This document shows positions 27,853 to 37,469 of a DNA stretch of 45,207 bases, piece after piece. Numbering within the stretch: the stretch's first letter is position 1; each line of letters begins with the position of its first letter. The stretch is from a bacterium (GTDB taxonomy: Bacteria > UBP14 > UBA6098 > B30-G16). The position numbers and the translations under genes were made by a program. The notes under the pieces were generated by a model, which saw nothing but the letters and a program-made list of their open reading frames with translations, did not search any database and was not told the origin of the DNA. Location: the NCBI GenBank assembly GCA_021162205.1, contig JAGGZE010000090.1, positions 1-45,207 of the forward strand, read 5' to 3'.

Positions 27853-28121
27853 ATTGGAGTATCGAATTTTCGCCAAAGGTTCTAAAGTTTGCACAAAAAC
27901 ATGAAATCCTCGATGCCATTATCGACAAGATTACGCAGTTTATAACCGCCCGTGAAGGAAAAGCTTATGTTCCCGATGTGAAGTCTTTGAAGGGAATCTG
28001 GAAAGGATACTATCGCATTCGATACCGAAAGTTGCGGATTATTTTCGAGATATATGACGAGAACAAGACCATCTATATCGAGGCAATCGATAATCGGGCA
28101 AAAGTCTATCGAAAGAAATGA
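27849..28121 (+). CDS. relE: RelE/ParE-family toxin
   Basis: WSIEFS, DVKSLKG, YYRIRYRKLRIIFEI, IDNRAKVYR. Confidence 0.85.
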   Translation: MNWSIEFSPKVLKFAQKHEILDAIIDKITQFITAREGKAYVPDVKSLKGIWKGYYRIRYRKLRIIFEIYDENKTIYIEAIDNRAKVYRKK

Positions 28122-28169
28122 AATCCTGAATTGCGCCATCCTTTTCTCCTTCATTCCGCGATTCTGGCT

Positions 28170-28244
28170 TTCTTTCACACTCCAAAACCCGCTCTCAGAT
28201 TAATTGGAATTTTTCTTGCGAAAGAAAAGCGGGTGGTGTAAATT
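28170..28244 (+). repeat. Duplicated promoter-bearing module, copy 2
   Basis: Matches 26685-26759; contains TTGCGA-N17-TAAATT. Confidence 0.8.
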
Positions 28245-28282
28245 TTGGGAAGAGAAAATGAAATAGGAGGGGAAAATGGATA

Positions 28283-29158
28283 ATGGATACTGAATTAAAG
28301 ATACAATTAGAGCAATATCTTAAATCTGGAAGCGATGGTTCGTATGGACAAAGGGTTCAAGAATCATTTGAGGAATATGAATCCTTTGATGAATGGAATA
28401 AAAGTGCAATTAAGTACATCAATGACTTGTTTAAGCCGAACCCAAGTGAATTGGAACAAAATATCATCGATTATACCTTTATTTTATGTAAATCCTTTAT
28501 TGCAACTTACTTAGAAACAAAAAAGAAAGATAAAGAGATAGCACATAGTTTCCTGAAATCACTATTCTTTGACTTTCCTGGGATTGATGAGTCAAAGCTC
28601 TTTAGCAAATGGCAATCTCTTACCGAAGCTTCTTTTGCTTTTCAAGCAGTTGCACATTCAAATAACTATAACTTAGTGTGGCAACAGTCCAAGACATTAA
28701 CTCGTGCCTATCAAGAATTTATCAATGGATTATTTGGATTCTTGATTATATGTTGGAGATGTATTAATGGTAAAACTCTAAATAAAAATGTATTTAAAAA
28801 CACTTATGGCTCAAAGATGGAAGAACTTTATAAACTCACAGATGGTGATGAAGGAATTTTCGCACAAATTTTTCACATTTGCAATCCCAAACTGAGAAAT
28901 GCAATTGCTCATGATAATATTTGGAACAATCCAGAAGCAGAAAAAATAGTCTATAAAAGTGTTGGACAAAATGTCTATCGTGGTGAAATAGACATTAGCA
29001 AATTCTTGCTTTTTGCATCGTTGGGTACTCGATTAGGGCAATCATACTTCGCATCGATTTGTGCAGTTCTGCTCATGGAAGAAGGAAAAGAAAACGAAAT
29101 AGAGCAACTACCTTCCCAATTGGTAGGAATGTTTTATAAGAAGATTAAAAATTCATAA
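28283..29158 (+). CDS. Hypothetical helical protein with HEPN-like RxxxxH motif
   Basis: KLRNAIAHDN; more AT-rich and poorer in TCGA than neighbouring genes; GGAGG upstream. Confidence 0.65.
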   Translation: MDTELKIQLEQYLKSGSDGSYGQRVQESFEEYESFDEWNKSAIKYINDLFKPNPSELEQNIIDYTFILCKSFIATYLETKKKDKEIAHSFLKSLFFDFPGIDESKLFSKWQSLTEASFAFQAVAHSNNYNLVWQQSKTLTRAYQEFINGLFGFLIICWRCINGKTLNKNVFKNTYGSKMEELYKLTDGDEGIFAQIFHICNPKLRNAIAHDNIWNNPEAEKIVYKSVGQNVYRGEIDISKFLLFASLGTRLGQSYFASICAVLLMEEGKENEIEQLPSQLVGMFYKKIKNS

Positions 29159-29301
29159 GATATAAAATTGATGTAAAATCATATAAACACTCTCTCCCAC
29201 AGCGACAACCAGAAGGAGAAACAAATGGCGATGAAATTTGATAATTTTGATAATTTTGATGCGAATTATATAAAATTTAATATTTTCAAGGAGAAAAGAA
29301 A

Positions 29302-29802
29302 ATGGGTTATCGATTCGATGATAAGGGATTTATGATTATCCCCGACCCTCGTGAGATTCGCCGTGAGCGTGAAATTGCCGAGACGAATAAAAATGAATGT
29401 ATAATCGTAAGAAAAGCTTTCTGCCCCAATGGGCATAATCTAATCGATGAATATGTGAATTTCAATGGATTTGCTGGAATTAGATTGAAAATCAGCCGTC
29501 CAAATGGCGATGAAGGCGAAATGGTGCTTTCTCCCATATTCGGCGACCAATCTATCGTTTATATTGGAATAAAACCACAAAATGGTGAAAAATTAGATAT
29601 ATTTTGTCCCGAATGCGGTGAGAAATTGCCGATTATTCAGCACTGTGAATATTGCGAAAATGGCGACATTATAGGTCTTTCGCTCGATGAGAAATTCGAT
29701 ATTACAAACGGGATAGCATTTTGCGATGTCGTGGGCTGCCCGAGTTCTTACATTGTCGATTCGGACGAACTAATCGAGAAAGCTTATCTCGAAACAAGAT
29801 AG
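29302..29802 (+). CDS. Cys-rich putative multi-zinc-binding protein
   Basis: CPNGH, CPECG, CEYC, CDVVGC; AAGGAG SD. Confidence 0.75.
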   Translation: MGYRFDDKGFMIIPDPREIRREREIAETNKNECIIVRKAFCPNGHNLIDEYVNFNGFAGIRLKISRPNGDEGEMVLSPIFGDQSIVYIGIKPQNGEKLDIFCPECGEKLPIIQHCEYCENGDIIGLSLDEKFDITNGIAFCDVVGCPSSYIVDSDELIEKAYLETR

Positions 29803-29805
29803 CGA

Positions 29806-31068
29806 TTAGCAGAATTCGCCGCCATCCTCGAAAGGATATTTTTCGATATCACCAAATTGCAATGCGCACCAAAGCACATTAAGTCCCGCCGATACACTTC
29901 TTGTGCGAATAGCATTTCGACCGCCGAAGAAATTGTATTTGCGGACATAATTTCGTTCCCGTGTGGATAGAGCGACATATACGAGTCCAACAGGTTTCTT
30001 CGATGTTTCGGAAGAGGGTCCCGCGATTCCTGTAATTCCAATACCGTAATCTGTATCGAATTTCGATTTTGCACCGAAAGACATTTGCTCGGCGATTTGC
30101 CTGCTAACAGCACCATATTTCGATAAAGTTTTTTCATCGATACCTAAAATGTTCAATTTCGCCGAGTTAGCATAGGATACGATTCCGCCGAGAAAATAAT
30201 CCGAGCTGCCCGGTATATCGACAATTTTAGATGCAAGCATTCCGCCGGTGCAGGATTCAGCAACCGATAGTGTTTCATTTCGTCGACGAAGTATCTCGCC
30301 GATTACAGCCTCGATTTTTCTGCCCTCATCTCTTGCGAAAGTATATGGACTCAGTTTTTCAGATAGAATATTTTCAGCGGATTCGACATCGTCGGGATTG
30401 TCTGATGATATATATAAATCGACACCCATCAAAGATGGATAGAATGCGGTATCGATGGAATCGGGCAAAGTCATTTTTCCCACCCATTCGGCGATAAGCG
30501 ATTCGGGAATCCCTATTGTTCTGAATGTGGCATAGGATTTCGGTTTCAAATCGAGTTCCTTTTGCAAAATCAATCGAACAGATTTGAATACGGTCATCAT
30601 TTCGCTGGGCGGTCCAGGCAGAAGAAAAATCAATTTAGAATGATAATTGACAAAAATACCGGGAGCAGTGCCTTCATCGTTTTCGATTGGAACCGCACCA
30701 TCGGGAAGATATGCCTGAACGAGGTTATTCTCCGGCATTTCGAGATTTCGCTTGCGGAAAAATTCGCGGATTTTTTGAGCGATACGCTGATTTAGAACCA
30801 AATCCTTACCGAGAAAACGAGCGAGTCCATTTCTTGTGGTATCGTCGCGAGTCGGTCCGAGACCACCTGTGATAAAGATTATCTCCGCCATTTCGACAGC
30901 ACTGTCGATTCCAGCACAAACCCATTCTTCGGTATCGGAAAATGTATGGTGCACTGAAACCTTTATCCCTAAAAAATATAATTTCCTCGCAAGGTAGGCG
31001 AAATTCGTATCGACAATTTTTCCCCTTAAAAGTTCATCGCCTATGGAAAGAATTACAGCATTGTGCAT
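29806..31068 (-). CDS. cinA: Competence/damage-inducible protein CinA (MoCF domain plus PncC NMN deamidase)
   Basis: IGDELLRG, DTN, TGGLGPTRDD, GTAPG, LPGPPSEM, VAESCTGG, GITGIAGP. Confidence 0.95.
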   Translation of the reverse strand: MHNAVILSIGDELLRGKIVDTNFAYLARKLYFLGIKVSVHHTFSDTEEWVCAGIDSAVEMAEIIFITGGLGPTRDDTTRNGLARFLGKDLVLNQRIAQKIREFFRKRNLEMPENNLVQAYLPDGAVPIENDEGTAPGIFVNYHSKLIFLLPGPPSEMMTVFKSVRLILQKELDLKPKSYATFRTIGIPESLIAEWVGKMTLPDSIDTAFYPSLMGVDLYISSDNPDDVESAENILSEKLSPYTFARDEGRKIEAVIGEILRRRNETLSVAESCTGGMLASKIVDIPGSSDYFLGGIVSYANSAKLNILGIDEKTLSKYGAVSRQIAEQMSFGAKSKFDTDYGIGITGIAGPSSETSKKPVGLVYVALSTRERNYVRKYNFFGGRNAIRTRSVSAGLNVLWCALQFGDIEKYPFEDGGEFC

Positions 31069-31093
31069 AACGACCTCGTTTCGAACAAATCTA

Positions 31094-31504
31094 TTAAACA
31101 GGTATATCGGCTTTATCTAAAATAGCCCGATTTAATGCATCTATTATTTCCTGTGTGAATTTCTTATCCTCGGATGAATATGCAATAATATTGTTATCCG
31201 AAAAATTTAATTTTATGTAATATATCGGCTTTACATTAGCCCAGATAAAATTGAAAATTCCCAATGCAACAAATACAAGCCCGAGAATAGATACAATCGA
31301 TGCCGATGAAATGAGTCCAATGAGAATCAATATAATTCCGATTGCTGAAAGAATGAGAGCTTCACGAACTTTTTTCACACTTTTAACTAACGATATGGAA
31401 ACAATGTTCTCGACCATATATGGTTTCCCCGAAAGCAGCGCTTTCGTTTCGGTTATGAGAACATTATTAGAATTGAAATATATCTTTTCGTTTTTTTCTG
31501 TCAT
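31094..31504 (-). CDS. DUF6232-like two-TM membrane protein
   Basis: N-terminal beta region (NVLITETK), two TM helices, terminal IIDALNRAI; AGGAG SD. Confidence 0.65.
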   Translation of the reverse strand: MTEKNEKIYFNSNNVLITETKALLSGKPYMVENIVSISLVKSVKKVREALILSAIGIILILIGLISSASIVSILGLVFVALGIFNFIWANVKPIYYIKLNFSDNNIIAYSSEDKKFTQEIIDALNRAILDKADIPV

Positions 31505-31968
31505 AGTATCTCCTATAAAATATTTATATACACTTTTAGTCGAAAATAATCCGCATTTTTTTATACAATATTAAAACCTTCAAAATCCCTCTAAAACAAT
31601 AATATAACCTTTCGATTTCAAAAGTAAAGCGATATTGTTATTTAACCGATGAGATTTATTTCGTAATTGTTTCTAAATTTTCCGTATTCGACCTTAAAAG
31701 ATATATTTCGATGAAATAAATTTATCGAGCTTAATATAATCGGCGGATTTCTGAATCCCGATGAAATCGGTGTCGATTTTATCGCCTTGTTTTTTACAAT
31801 TTAATATTTTTCTTTGGAAAATAGTGAAAAGTTATAAATTTCAATGAAGGAATATGTTCCTTTATTCATTTAGAAAACATTACAAAATGACCACGCTCCA
31901 TTGAAAGTTAGTGGTTAAATAATTTTACATCGATAATTTTACATTGAATTCTTTAATAAGGGGGTGCA

Positions 31969-33462
31969 ATGGTATTCGGCGAAAAAGTCTATTGGGATAG
32001 CAAAACCGCATTTGTGTTGGCGGCAATCGGCTCGGCAATCGGACTTGGCAATGTCTGGCGATTTCCATATATCTGTTACAAATATGGTGGTGGAGCATTT
32101 CTAATCGCATATTTTGCCGCTCTGCTTATCGCAGGGATTCCACTTTTGATACTCGAATTTTCACTCGGACAGAGAATCGGTGGTTCGCCACCTACAGCAT
32201 TGGGCAAAGTTCACAAAAATTTCGCATGGCTTGGATGGTTCGCTATTTTCGTAGGATTCATCATAACGACTTATTATTCGGTCGTGATGTCGTGGTCGGC
32301 GAACTATCTTGTGCATTCGTTTTCACTCGCATGGGGCAACGACCCGAAAACATTTTTTTACTCTAATGTGCTAAATCTTTCAGATGGCATTTTCAAAATC
32401 GGTTCGCCACAACCATATCTTTTGCTCGGGTTAATTATCTGCTGGATATGGATACTTCTCTCTATCTGGAAAGGTGCTCGCACAGTGAGTAAAGTCGTAT
32501 ATGTTACAGTAACTCTGCCGTGGTTGATTCTTGTAATACTCGTTATCGGTGGATTCACGCTCGATGGTGCGATGGATGGTATCCGCTATTATCTCACGCC
32601 GGTATGGAGTCAACTACTCGAACCCGAACTTTGGCAGGCGGCATTCACTCAGGTATTTTTCTCGCTATCGGTCGGTTTCGGTGTGATGATTGCCTATGCC
32701 AGTTTTTTGCCGCCGAAATCCGATATCGTGAATAATGCATTCATAATCGGTCTCGCAGATGCTGCAACCGCATTTGTCGCTGGATTCGCTGTGTTTTCCG
32801 CACTCGGATATTACGCAAACATTCAGGGTGTCCCTGTTTCCGAGGTTATGAAAAGCGGTCCAGAACTCGCTTTCGTAACATATCCTGCGATTATCAATAA
32901 TCTTCCGCTGGCACCACTTATGGGAGTGCTATTTTTCATTATGCTTTTGACACTCGCAATAGATTCAGCATTTTCGCTTGTCGAGGCCGTTGTCGCAGGT
33001 TTTATGGAAACTTTCGCAATCCATCGCACAAAAATTAACCTAATCGTCGGTGGAATAGCATTTATTATCGCAATTTTATTCACTACTCGTGCAGGACTTT
33101 ACTGGCTCGACCTCGTCGACCATTATATGACATTTTTCGGATTATTCACAGTGGCATTTCTCGAATCTATCGCTGTAGGATGGTTTTTCGATACCGAACG
33201 ATTGCGACAACGAATTAATGAGCATTCGCTGGTTCATATCGGTAAATGGTGGAATGTTGCGGTTAAAATTGTGATTCCACTTATTGCACTCGTTCTGCTC
33301 GTGATTTCGGTTATCGGCATTATACAGAAACCTTACGGCGGTTATCCTCGCATGGCGGAACTTCTTGGCGGATGGATTCCACTCGTGCTTGTTATTATAA
33401 TAGGTATTTTACTCGGAAATATCACAAGAAAGATTTTGCGTAAATCCAAAGTAGAGAACTAA
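31969..33462 (+). CDS. Sodium-dependent transporter, NSS/SNF family
   Basis: AAIGSAIGLGNVWRFPY, GGGAFL, QVFFSLSVG, GPELAFVTYP. Confidence 0.95.
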   Translation: MVFGEKVYWDSKTAFVLAAIGSAIGLGNVWRFPYICYKYGGGAFLIAYFAALLIAGIPLLILEFSLGQRIGGSPPTALGKVHKNFAWLGWFAIFVGFIITTYYSVVMSWSANYLVHSFSLAWGNDPKTFFYSNVLNLSDGIFKIGSPQPYLLLGLIICWIWILLSIWKGARTVSKVVYVTVTLPWLILVILVIGGFTLDGAMDGIRYYLTPVWSQLLEPELWQAAFTQVFFSLSVGFGVMIAYASFLPPKSDIVNNAFIIGLADAATAFVAGFAVFSALGYYANIQGVPVSEVMKSGPELAFVTYPAIINNLPLAPLMGVLFFIMLLTLAIDSAFSLVEAVVAGFMETFAIHRTKINLIVGGIAFIIAILFTTRAGLYWLDLVDHYMTFFGLFTVAFLESIAVGWFFDTERLRQRINEHSLVHIGKWWNVAVKIVIPLIALVLLVISVIGIIQKPYGGYPRMAELLGGWIPLVLVIIIGILLGNITRKILRKSKVEN

Positions 33463-33522
33463 ATAGCTTTCAACAAGTCGAGAATTGTTAGTTAAATAAT
33501 CGATTAATCGAGGATAGTAACG

Positions 33523-34431
33523 ATGGATATTATAATTTCAATTTTAGCTTTAATCATTTTAATACTGCTTATTGTGGTCATCACCATTGTTTCACACAAG
33601 GGCAAACGCGATGATTCGCAGAAAATTATTCTCGATACTGCGAAAGAAATTCAGCAGGGTGCGCAAAAGATTTCCGAACAGGTTTCGCAAAGACTCGATA
33701 ATCTGAATCGTCAACTGGGTGCAATAAATAAAGTCGGCGACCAAATCGAGCAATTCCAAAAATTTCTACTCGCACCAAAAACACGAGGCAATATCGGCGA
33801 AACATTTCTTGAAGATATGTTGGTCAAGGTGCTTCCAAGAGATATGTTCTCATTGCAGAATACTCATTTGGCAACTGGAATTCGTCCCGATGCTATTATA
33901 GAAACGGCACAAGGGAAAATACCTATCGATTCTAAATTCCCTATCGTGAATTATCGAAAATTCATCGATGCCCAAAGCGACGATGAGCGAAAAATTGCGA
34001 TAAAAGATTTCCGAAGAGACATCCGCAATCATATTCAGGCGGTATCGAAATATATTTTACCGCAATCGGGCACTGTTAATTTTGCGATAATGTATATTCC
34101 CGCCGAATCTATTTTCGCACACATTCTCGAAAATGAACAGGGAATTATTCACGAGGCACAGAACAAAAAGGTGATAATCGCATCGCCGAACTCGTTTTAT
34201 TATTTTTTACAATTGACATTAATTGCAATGCGTCAGCAAATCGCCGGTAAGAAAGCGAAAAAAATAGTGGCAGGATTGGAGGGAATTGCGATTACCGCTA
34301 ATAAACTCGAGGAAAGTGCCGAAAAAACTCAAAAGCAAATTTATAATGCTCAAAAAAATTCTGATAATACGAAAAATTTATGCTCGGATTTAATTTCAAA
34401 AATCAATAAACTCGGCGAGATGGAGGAATAG
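33523..34431 (+). CDS. rmuC: DNA recombination protein RmuC
   Basis: N-terminal TM and coiled coil; KTRGNIGE, RPDAII, IDSKFP, FAIMYIPAESIF. Confidence 0.92.
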   Translation: MDIIISILALIILILLIVVITIVSHKGKRDDSQKIILDTAKEIQQGAQKISEQVSQRLDNLNRQLGAINKVGDQIEQFQKFLLAPKTRGNIGETFLEDMLVKVLPRDMFSLQNTHLATGIRPDAIIETAQGKIPIDSKFPIVNYRKFIDAQSDDERKIAIKDFRRDIRNHIQAVSKYILPQSGTVNFAIMYIPAESIFAHILENEQGIIHEAQNKKVIIASPNSFYYFLQLTLIAMRQQIAGKKAKKIVAGLEGIAITANKLEESAEKTQKQIYNAQKNSDNTKNLCSDLISKINKLGEMEE

Positions 34432-34432
34432 T

Positions 34433-35017
34433 GTGAAAATAGGAATTTTCGGCGGCACATTCGACCCGCCGCATATCGGTCATCTGATACTCGCAGAATT
34501 TGTGCGCGATGAAATCGGATTGGATGAAGTGTGGCTCGTTCCTGCACTCGACCCGCCGCATAAACTCGACAGGCACAAAACGCCAGCCGATATTCGCTAT
34601 GAAATGGTGAAACTCGCCTGCGGTAACGACGCATTCATTCGTCCATCGGATATCGACCTCGTGCATAGTCGCAGACCATCTTACACAATCGATTTGCTCG
34701 ATGAAATAAGTCTAAATTTCCCCGATAATGAATTTGTGCAGATAATCGGCGAGGATTCGATTGCAGAATTTACACTATGGAAAAGTTGGAATGAAATTCT
34801 AAAAAAATATCGCATCATCGGACTAAGAAGACGAGGAATCGACCTAACATGCGTAAATAATGAGGTGATTTCTTCGGTCGAGATACTTAACAATCCTTTA
34901 ATCGAATTATCCAGCACCGAGATAAGAAAAAGAATCATTAACGGCAAATCTGTGCGGTATATGGTATCGGAGCGAGTTTGGGATTTTATTTTCAGCAATA
35001 AAGTATATAAAAAATGA
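34433..35017 (+). CDS. nadD: Nicotinate-nucleotide adenylyltransferase
   Basis: GIFGGTFDPPHIGH, PPHK, SYTID, IIGED, LSSTEIR. Confidence 0.95.
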   Translation: MKIGIFGGTFDPPHIGHLILAEFVRDEIGLDEVWLVPALDPPHKLDRHKTPADIRYEMVKLACGNDAFIRPSDIDLVHSRRPSYTIDLLDEISLNFPDNEFVQIIGEDSIAEFTLWKSWNEILKKYRIIGLRRRGIDLTCVNNEVISSVEILNNPLIELSSTEIRKRIINGKSVRYMVSERVWDFIFSNKVYKK

Positions 35018-35095
35018 AAATAATGAAAACTTTGTCTTGACTTTTCTGTTAGAATTCTCAATATATTATTAAAGGGACTTTCTAAATAGGAGAAG

Positions 35096-35806
35096 GTGAT
35101 GGCACATAAGTTCAAATGGTTGTTTGGGTTATGTGTTTTAGAAATTGCGGTTTTAATTTCAGGATGCAGTCAATCGTCTATCTTGACAAGGCATAAGAGC
35201 GGTGGTTCTGGCGCTGGAAAAATATCCGCAGTTTCAAAAAAAGCAAAACCCCCGAATAAAGTTTGCGATTTAAGAGTTCAAGTCAAAATAACCGACCCAA
35301 TCGCTCCATATATGTCGGATTTCGGCACTGTCGATGTATATGGGAACGAAGGATTTCATATATCGAAACAATTCTCTGTCAGATTTGGCACACAACTCGT
35401 AACAATTCAGGAGCTCGAGGCAGGAAGATATTCCGTTCAAGTGAGTTATGGAACAATTGTCGCCACCAAATGCGTTATTCTCGGCTGTGTATGTATCGAT
35501 AATTGGAAAGAGGTTTTCTCGCAAGCCACAGCTAATGAATTGCGAAAGGAAATCACATCCTGCACAGGTTGCTCGAAATATACAAGCACAACGGGTTGGG
35601 CATCGGGGAACTACGGCTGGACAGGTGGAAACACAGGTGGAAAATATTGGAATCCAAAAAGTGGAAATTCAAATTTCGGTGGATGGGGTTCGGAGCAGAA
35701 AACTCCAGAATTAAAAGGTTCTGGCGAATTGAAAATGCCATGCTCGACGATTACGCCCTGCGGAAGAAATGTATCGTTCGAATTTCCGAAGGATGCGAAT
35801 GAATAA
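35096..35806 (+). CDS. Cys-rich lipoprotein with a Gly/Trp/Asn-rich segment
   Basis: Lipobox-like LISGC; several Cys pairs; GWASGNYGWTGGNTGG...GGWGS. Confidence 0.7.
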   Translation: MMAHKFKWLFGLCVLEIAVLISGCSQSSILTRHKSGGSGAGKISAVSKKAKPPNKVCDLRVQVKITDPIAPYMSDFGTVDVYGNEGFHISKQFSVRFGTQLVTIQELEAGRYSVQVSYGTIVATKCVILGCVCIDNWKEVFSQATANELRKEITSCTGCSKYTSTTGWASGNYGWTGGNTGGKYWNPKSGNSNFGGWGSEQKTPELKGSGELKMPCSTITPCGRNVSFEFPKDANE

Positions 35807-35871
35807 CGGGCTTTGCCCGTTTTTATTGTGCGAATTTCCTTGCCGATGAAATCGACGATTCCCTTTCGCAC
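35805..35871 (+). repeat. Dispersed structured repeat copy overlapping the stop codon
   Basis: AACGGGC-TTT-GCCCGTT, TTTATT, then GTGCGAA-TTTCC-TTGCCGAT-GAA-ATCGACGA-TTCCCT-TTCGCAC. Confidence 0.8.
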
Positions 35872-36000
35872 AGCGGAATTATAAAGGAAATGATACCGTG
35901 TTTAGTTTAATTGATAATTTTTCATTTAATAATGGACAAGGCAGATATTGCCTCTACTATCGACTGATTTGAACTTTGAATTTTATATAGGAGGATTGAA

Positions 36001-37428
36001 ATGAAAAAGATATTTCTTTCGCTTTTGATTGCGAGCTGTCTTGTATTTTCACAGGGCAATGCAATTTTTAAAGTTACCGATTTCCCCGATAACGAACTTT
36101 GTCCACGTGTGTCGCCCGATGGTCAAAGATTGGCTTATGTGGACTTAAAATTTAATGGTCCATTTCCAATTGCTAATATTAGAGTTTCAACTGCCGATGG
36201 GCAAAATTCTATGCTTGCCACAACTGGGCAAAGTCCTCAAACGGGGGGGGTTCCAATAGATAATCAATACCCGAGTTGGTTTCCCAATGGCTCTCAGGTC
36301 ATTTATGAAAGACTCGTCCCAATAGCTGCGGGAACGGAAACCTATGAAATTTGGTCGGTGCCGTTCAATTCATCCAATGGGACGAGACTCATTCAGAATA
36401 ATTACAATTTTTCGATTATGCCCGATGTATCCGTAAATGGCGATGTCGCATTTGTTACATCGGGGAATCTTCAGTCTCCATTTCCTGGCTATCCGATGAC
36501 ACGATATGGCAATGTGCCTCCACCAGCCGCAGTTATGAAAAACTTTATGATTGCGATTCAACCTGCTGGACAGGCTGTTGTGCTAAATTCTATTCCTGGA
36601 TTGTATCCTCACTGGAATCCCGATGGTAAATTAATCGCATACAGTTCATGGAATCCAACTACTGGATGGGATATTTTTGTAGCAGATTATACGATGGAGA
36701 GAGGTCTTACGAATTTCAGACAGATTACATCCGACCCGGGCGATGAATTTGTTCCGTCCTGGTCTCCCGATGGCAAATGGATTGCTTATGCTTATGCACG
36801 ACCGCAATCATCATCTCCTGTGAATATTTTTGTCATCAATATATTCGATGGCACGAGAATTCAGGAGACATTAGAGCCTAACTCGATTATCACTATGCCC
36901 GATTGGACTAAAACCGCCGATGGCAAGGAATATATATATTGCTGCTCGAATATGGATGGCGATTTCGATATATATCGTCTTGTGCCTCTTCTCGGCAATA
37001 CATCACCCGTATCGAGTTCATCGCAGATGCCACCCGCTCCTGGTGGAATGATTATTACACCTCAACAACAGCAACAAAAGAATGCAGGCAAAGTGCGAGT
37101 TATTGTCCTTAACACATCTACAGATAAAACTGCCGATATTTCTCAGAGTTTTGCCAGTAAAGTCGCACAGAAAATAACCGAATGGAACGATAGTATATTT
37201 GTTTCGAGTGTGATAAACGGCTCCGATTCGGGTGAACCTCATGTATATTATTTCAGCGAAGATTTCAAAAAGCTTGCGGATAATATTTCACTATTTCTCG
37301 ATGGTTTAATCAATAATGAAATTTTATATTCTGAAACCGAATACAGTTTTTTCCCATCGGAACCGTTAAGCAATTCTCCATATAAGCTTAACAATGTCGA
37401 TATACTTATCGAGGCACCCGCTAATTAA
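36001..37428 (+). CDS. Secreted TolB-like PD40 beta-propeller protein with possible LytR_C-like C-terminal domain
   Basis: Repeats PRVSPDGQRLAY, PHWNPDGKLIAY, PSWSPDGKWIAY; Pro/Gln linker; VRVIVLNTS...ASKVAQKI. Confidence 0.82.
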   Translation: MKKIFLSLLIASCLVFSQGNAIFKVTDFPDNELCPRVSPDGQRLAYVDLKFNGPFPIANIRVSTADGQNSMLATTGQSPQTGGVPIDNQYPSWFPNGSQVIYERLVPIAAGTETYEIWSVPFNSSNGTRLIQNNYNFSIMPDVSVNGDVAFVTSGNLQSPFPGYPMTRYGNVPPPAAVMKNFMIAIQPAGQAVVLNSIPGLYPHWNPDGKLIAYSSWNPTTGWDIFVADYTMERGLTNFRQITSDPGDEFVPSWSPDGKWIAYAYARPQSSSPVNIFVINIFDGTRIQETLEPNSIITMPDWTKTADGKEYIYCCSNMDGDFDIYRLVPLLGNTSPVSSSSQMPPAPGGMIITPQQQQQKNAGKVRVIVLNTSTDKTADISQSFASKVAQKITEWNDSIFVSSVINGSDSGEPHVYYFSEDFKKLADNISLFLDGLINNEILYSETEYSFFPSEPLSNSPYKLNNVDILIEAPAN

Positions 37429-37469
37429 TTTAATTATGCACATTTGAACATAATCGAGGATTTACTCTG

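Noticed and set aside
29225-29335. 36-aa ORF (MAMKFDNFDNFD...) with AAGGAG SD, and GATAATTTT repeats as a Fur box
   Set aside because: The ORF overlaps the next gene out of frame and has no other support; the repeats lack Fur-box inverted symmetry.
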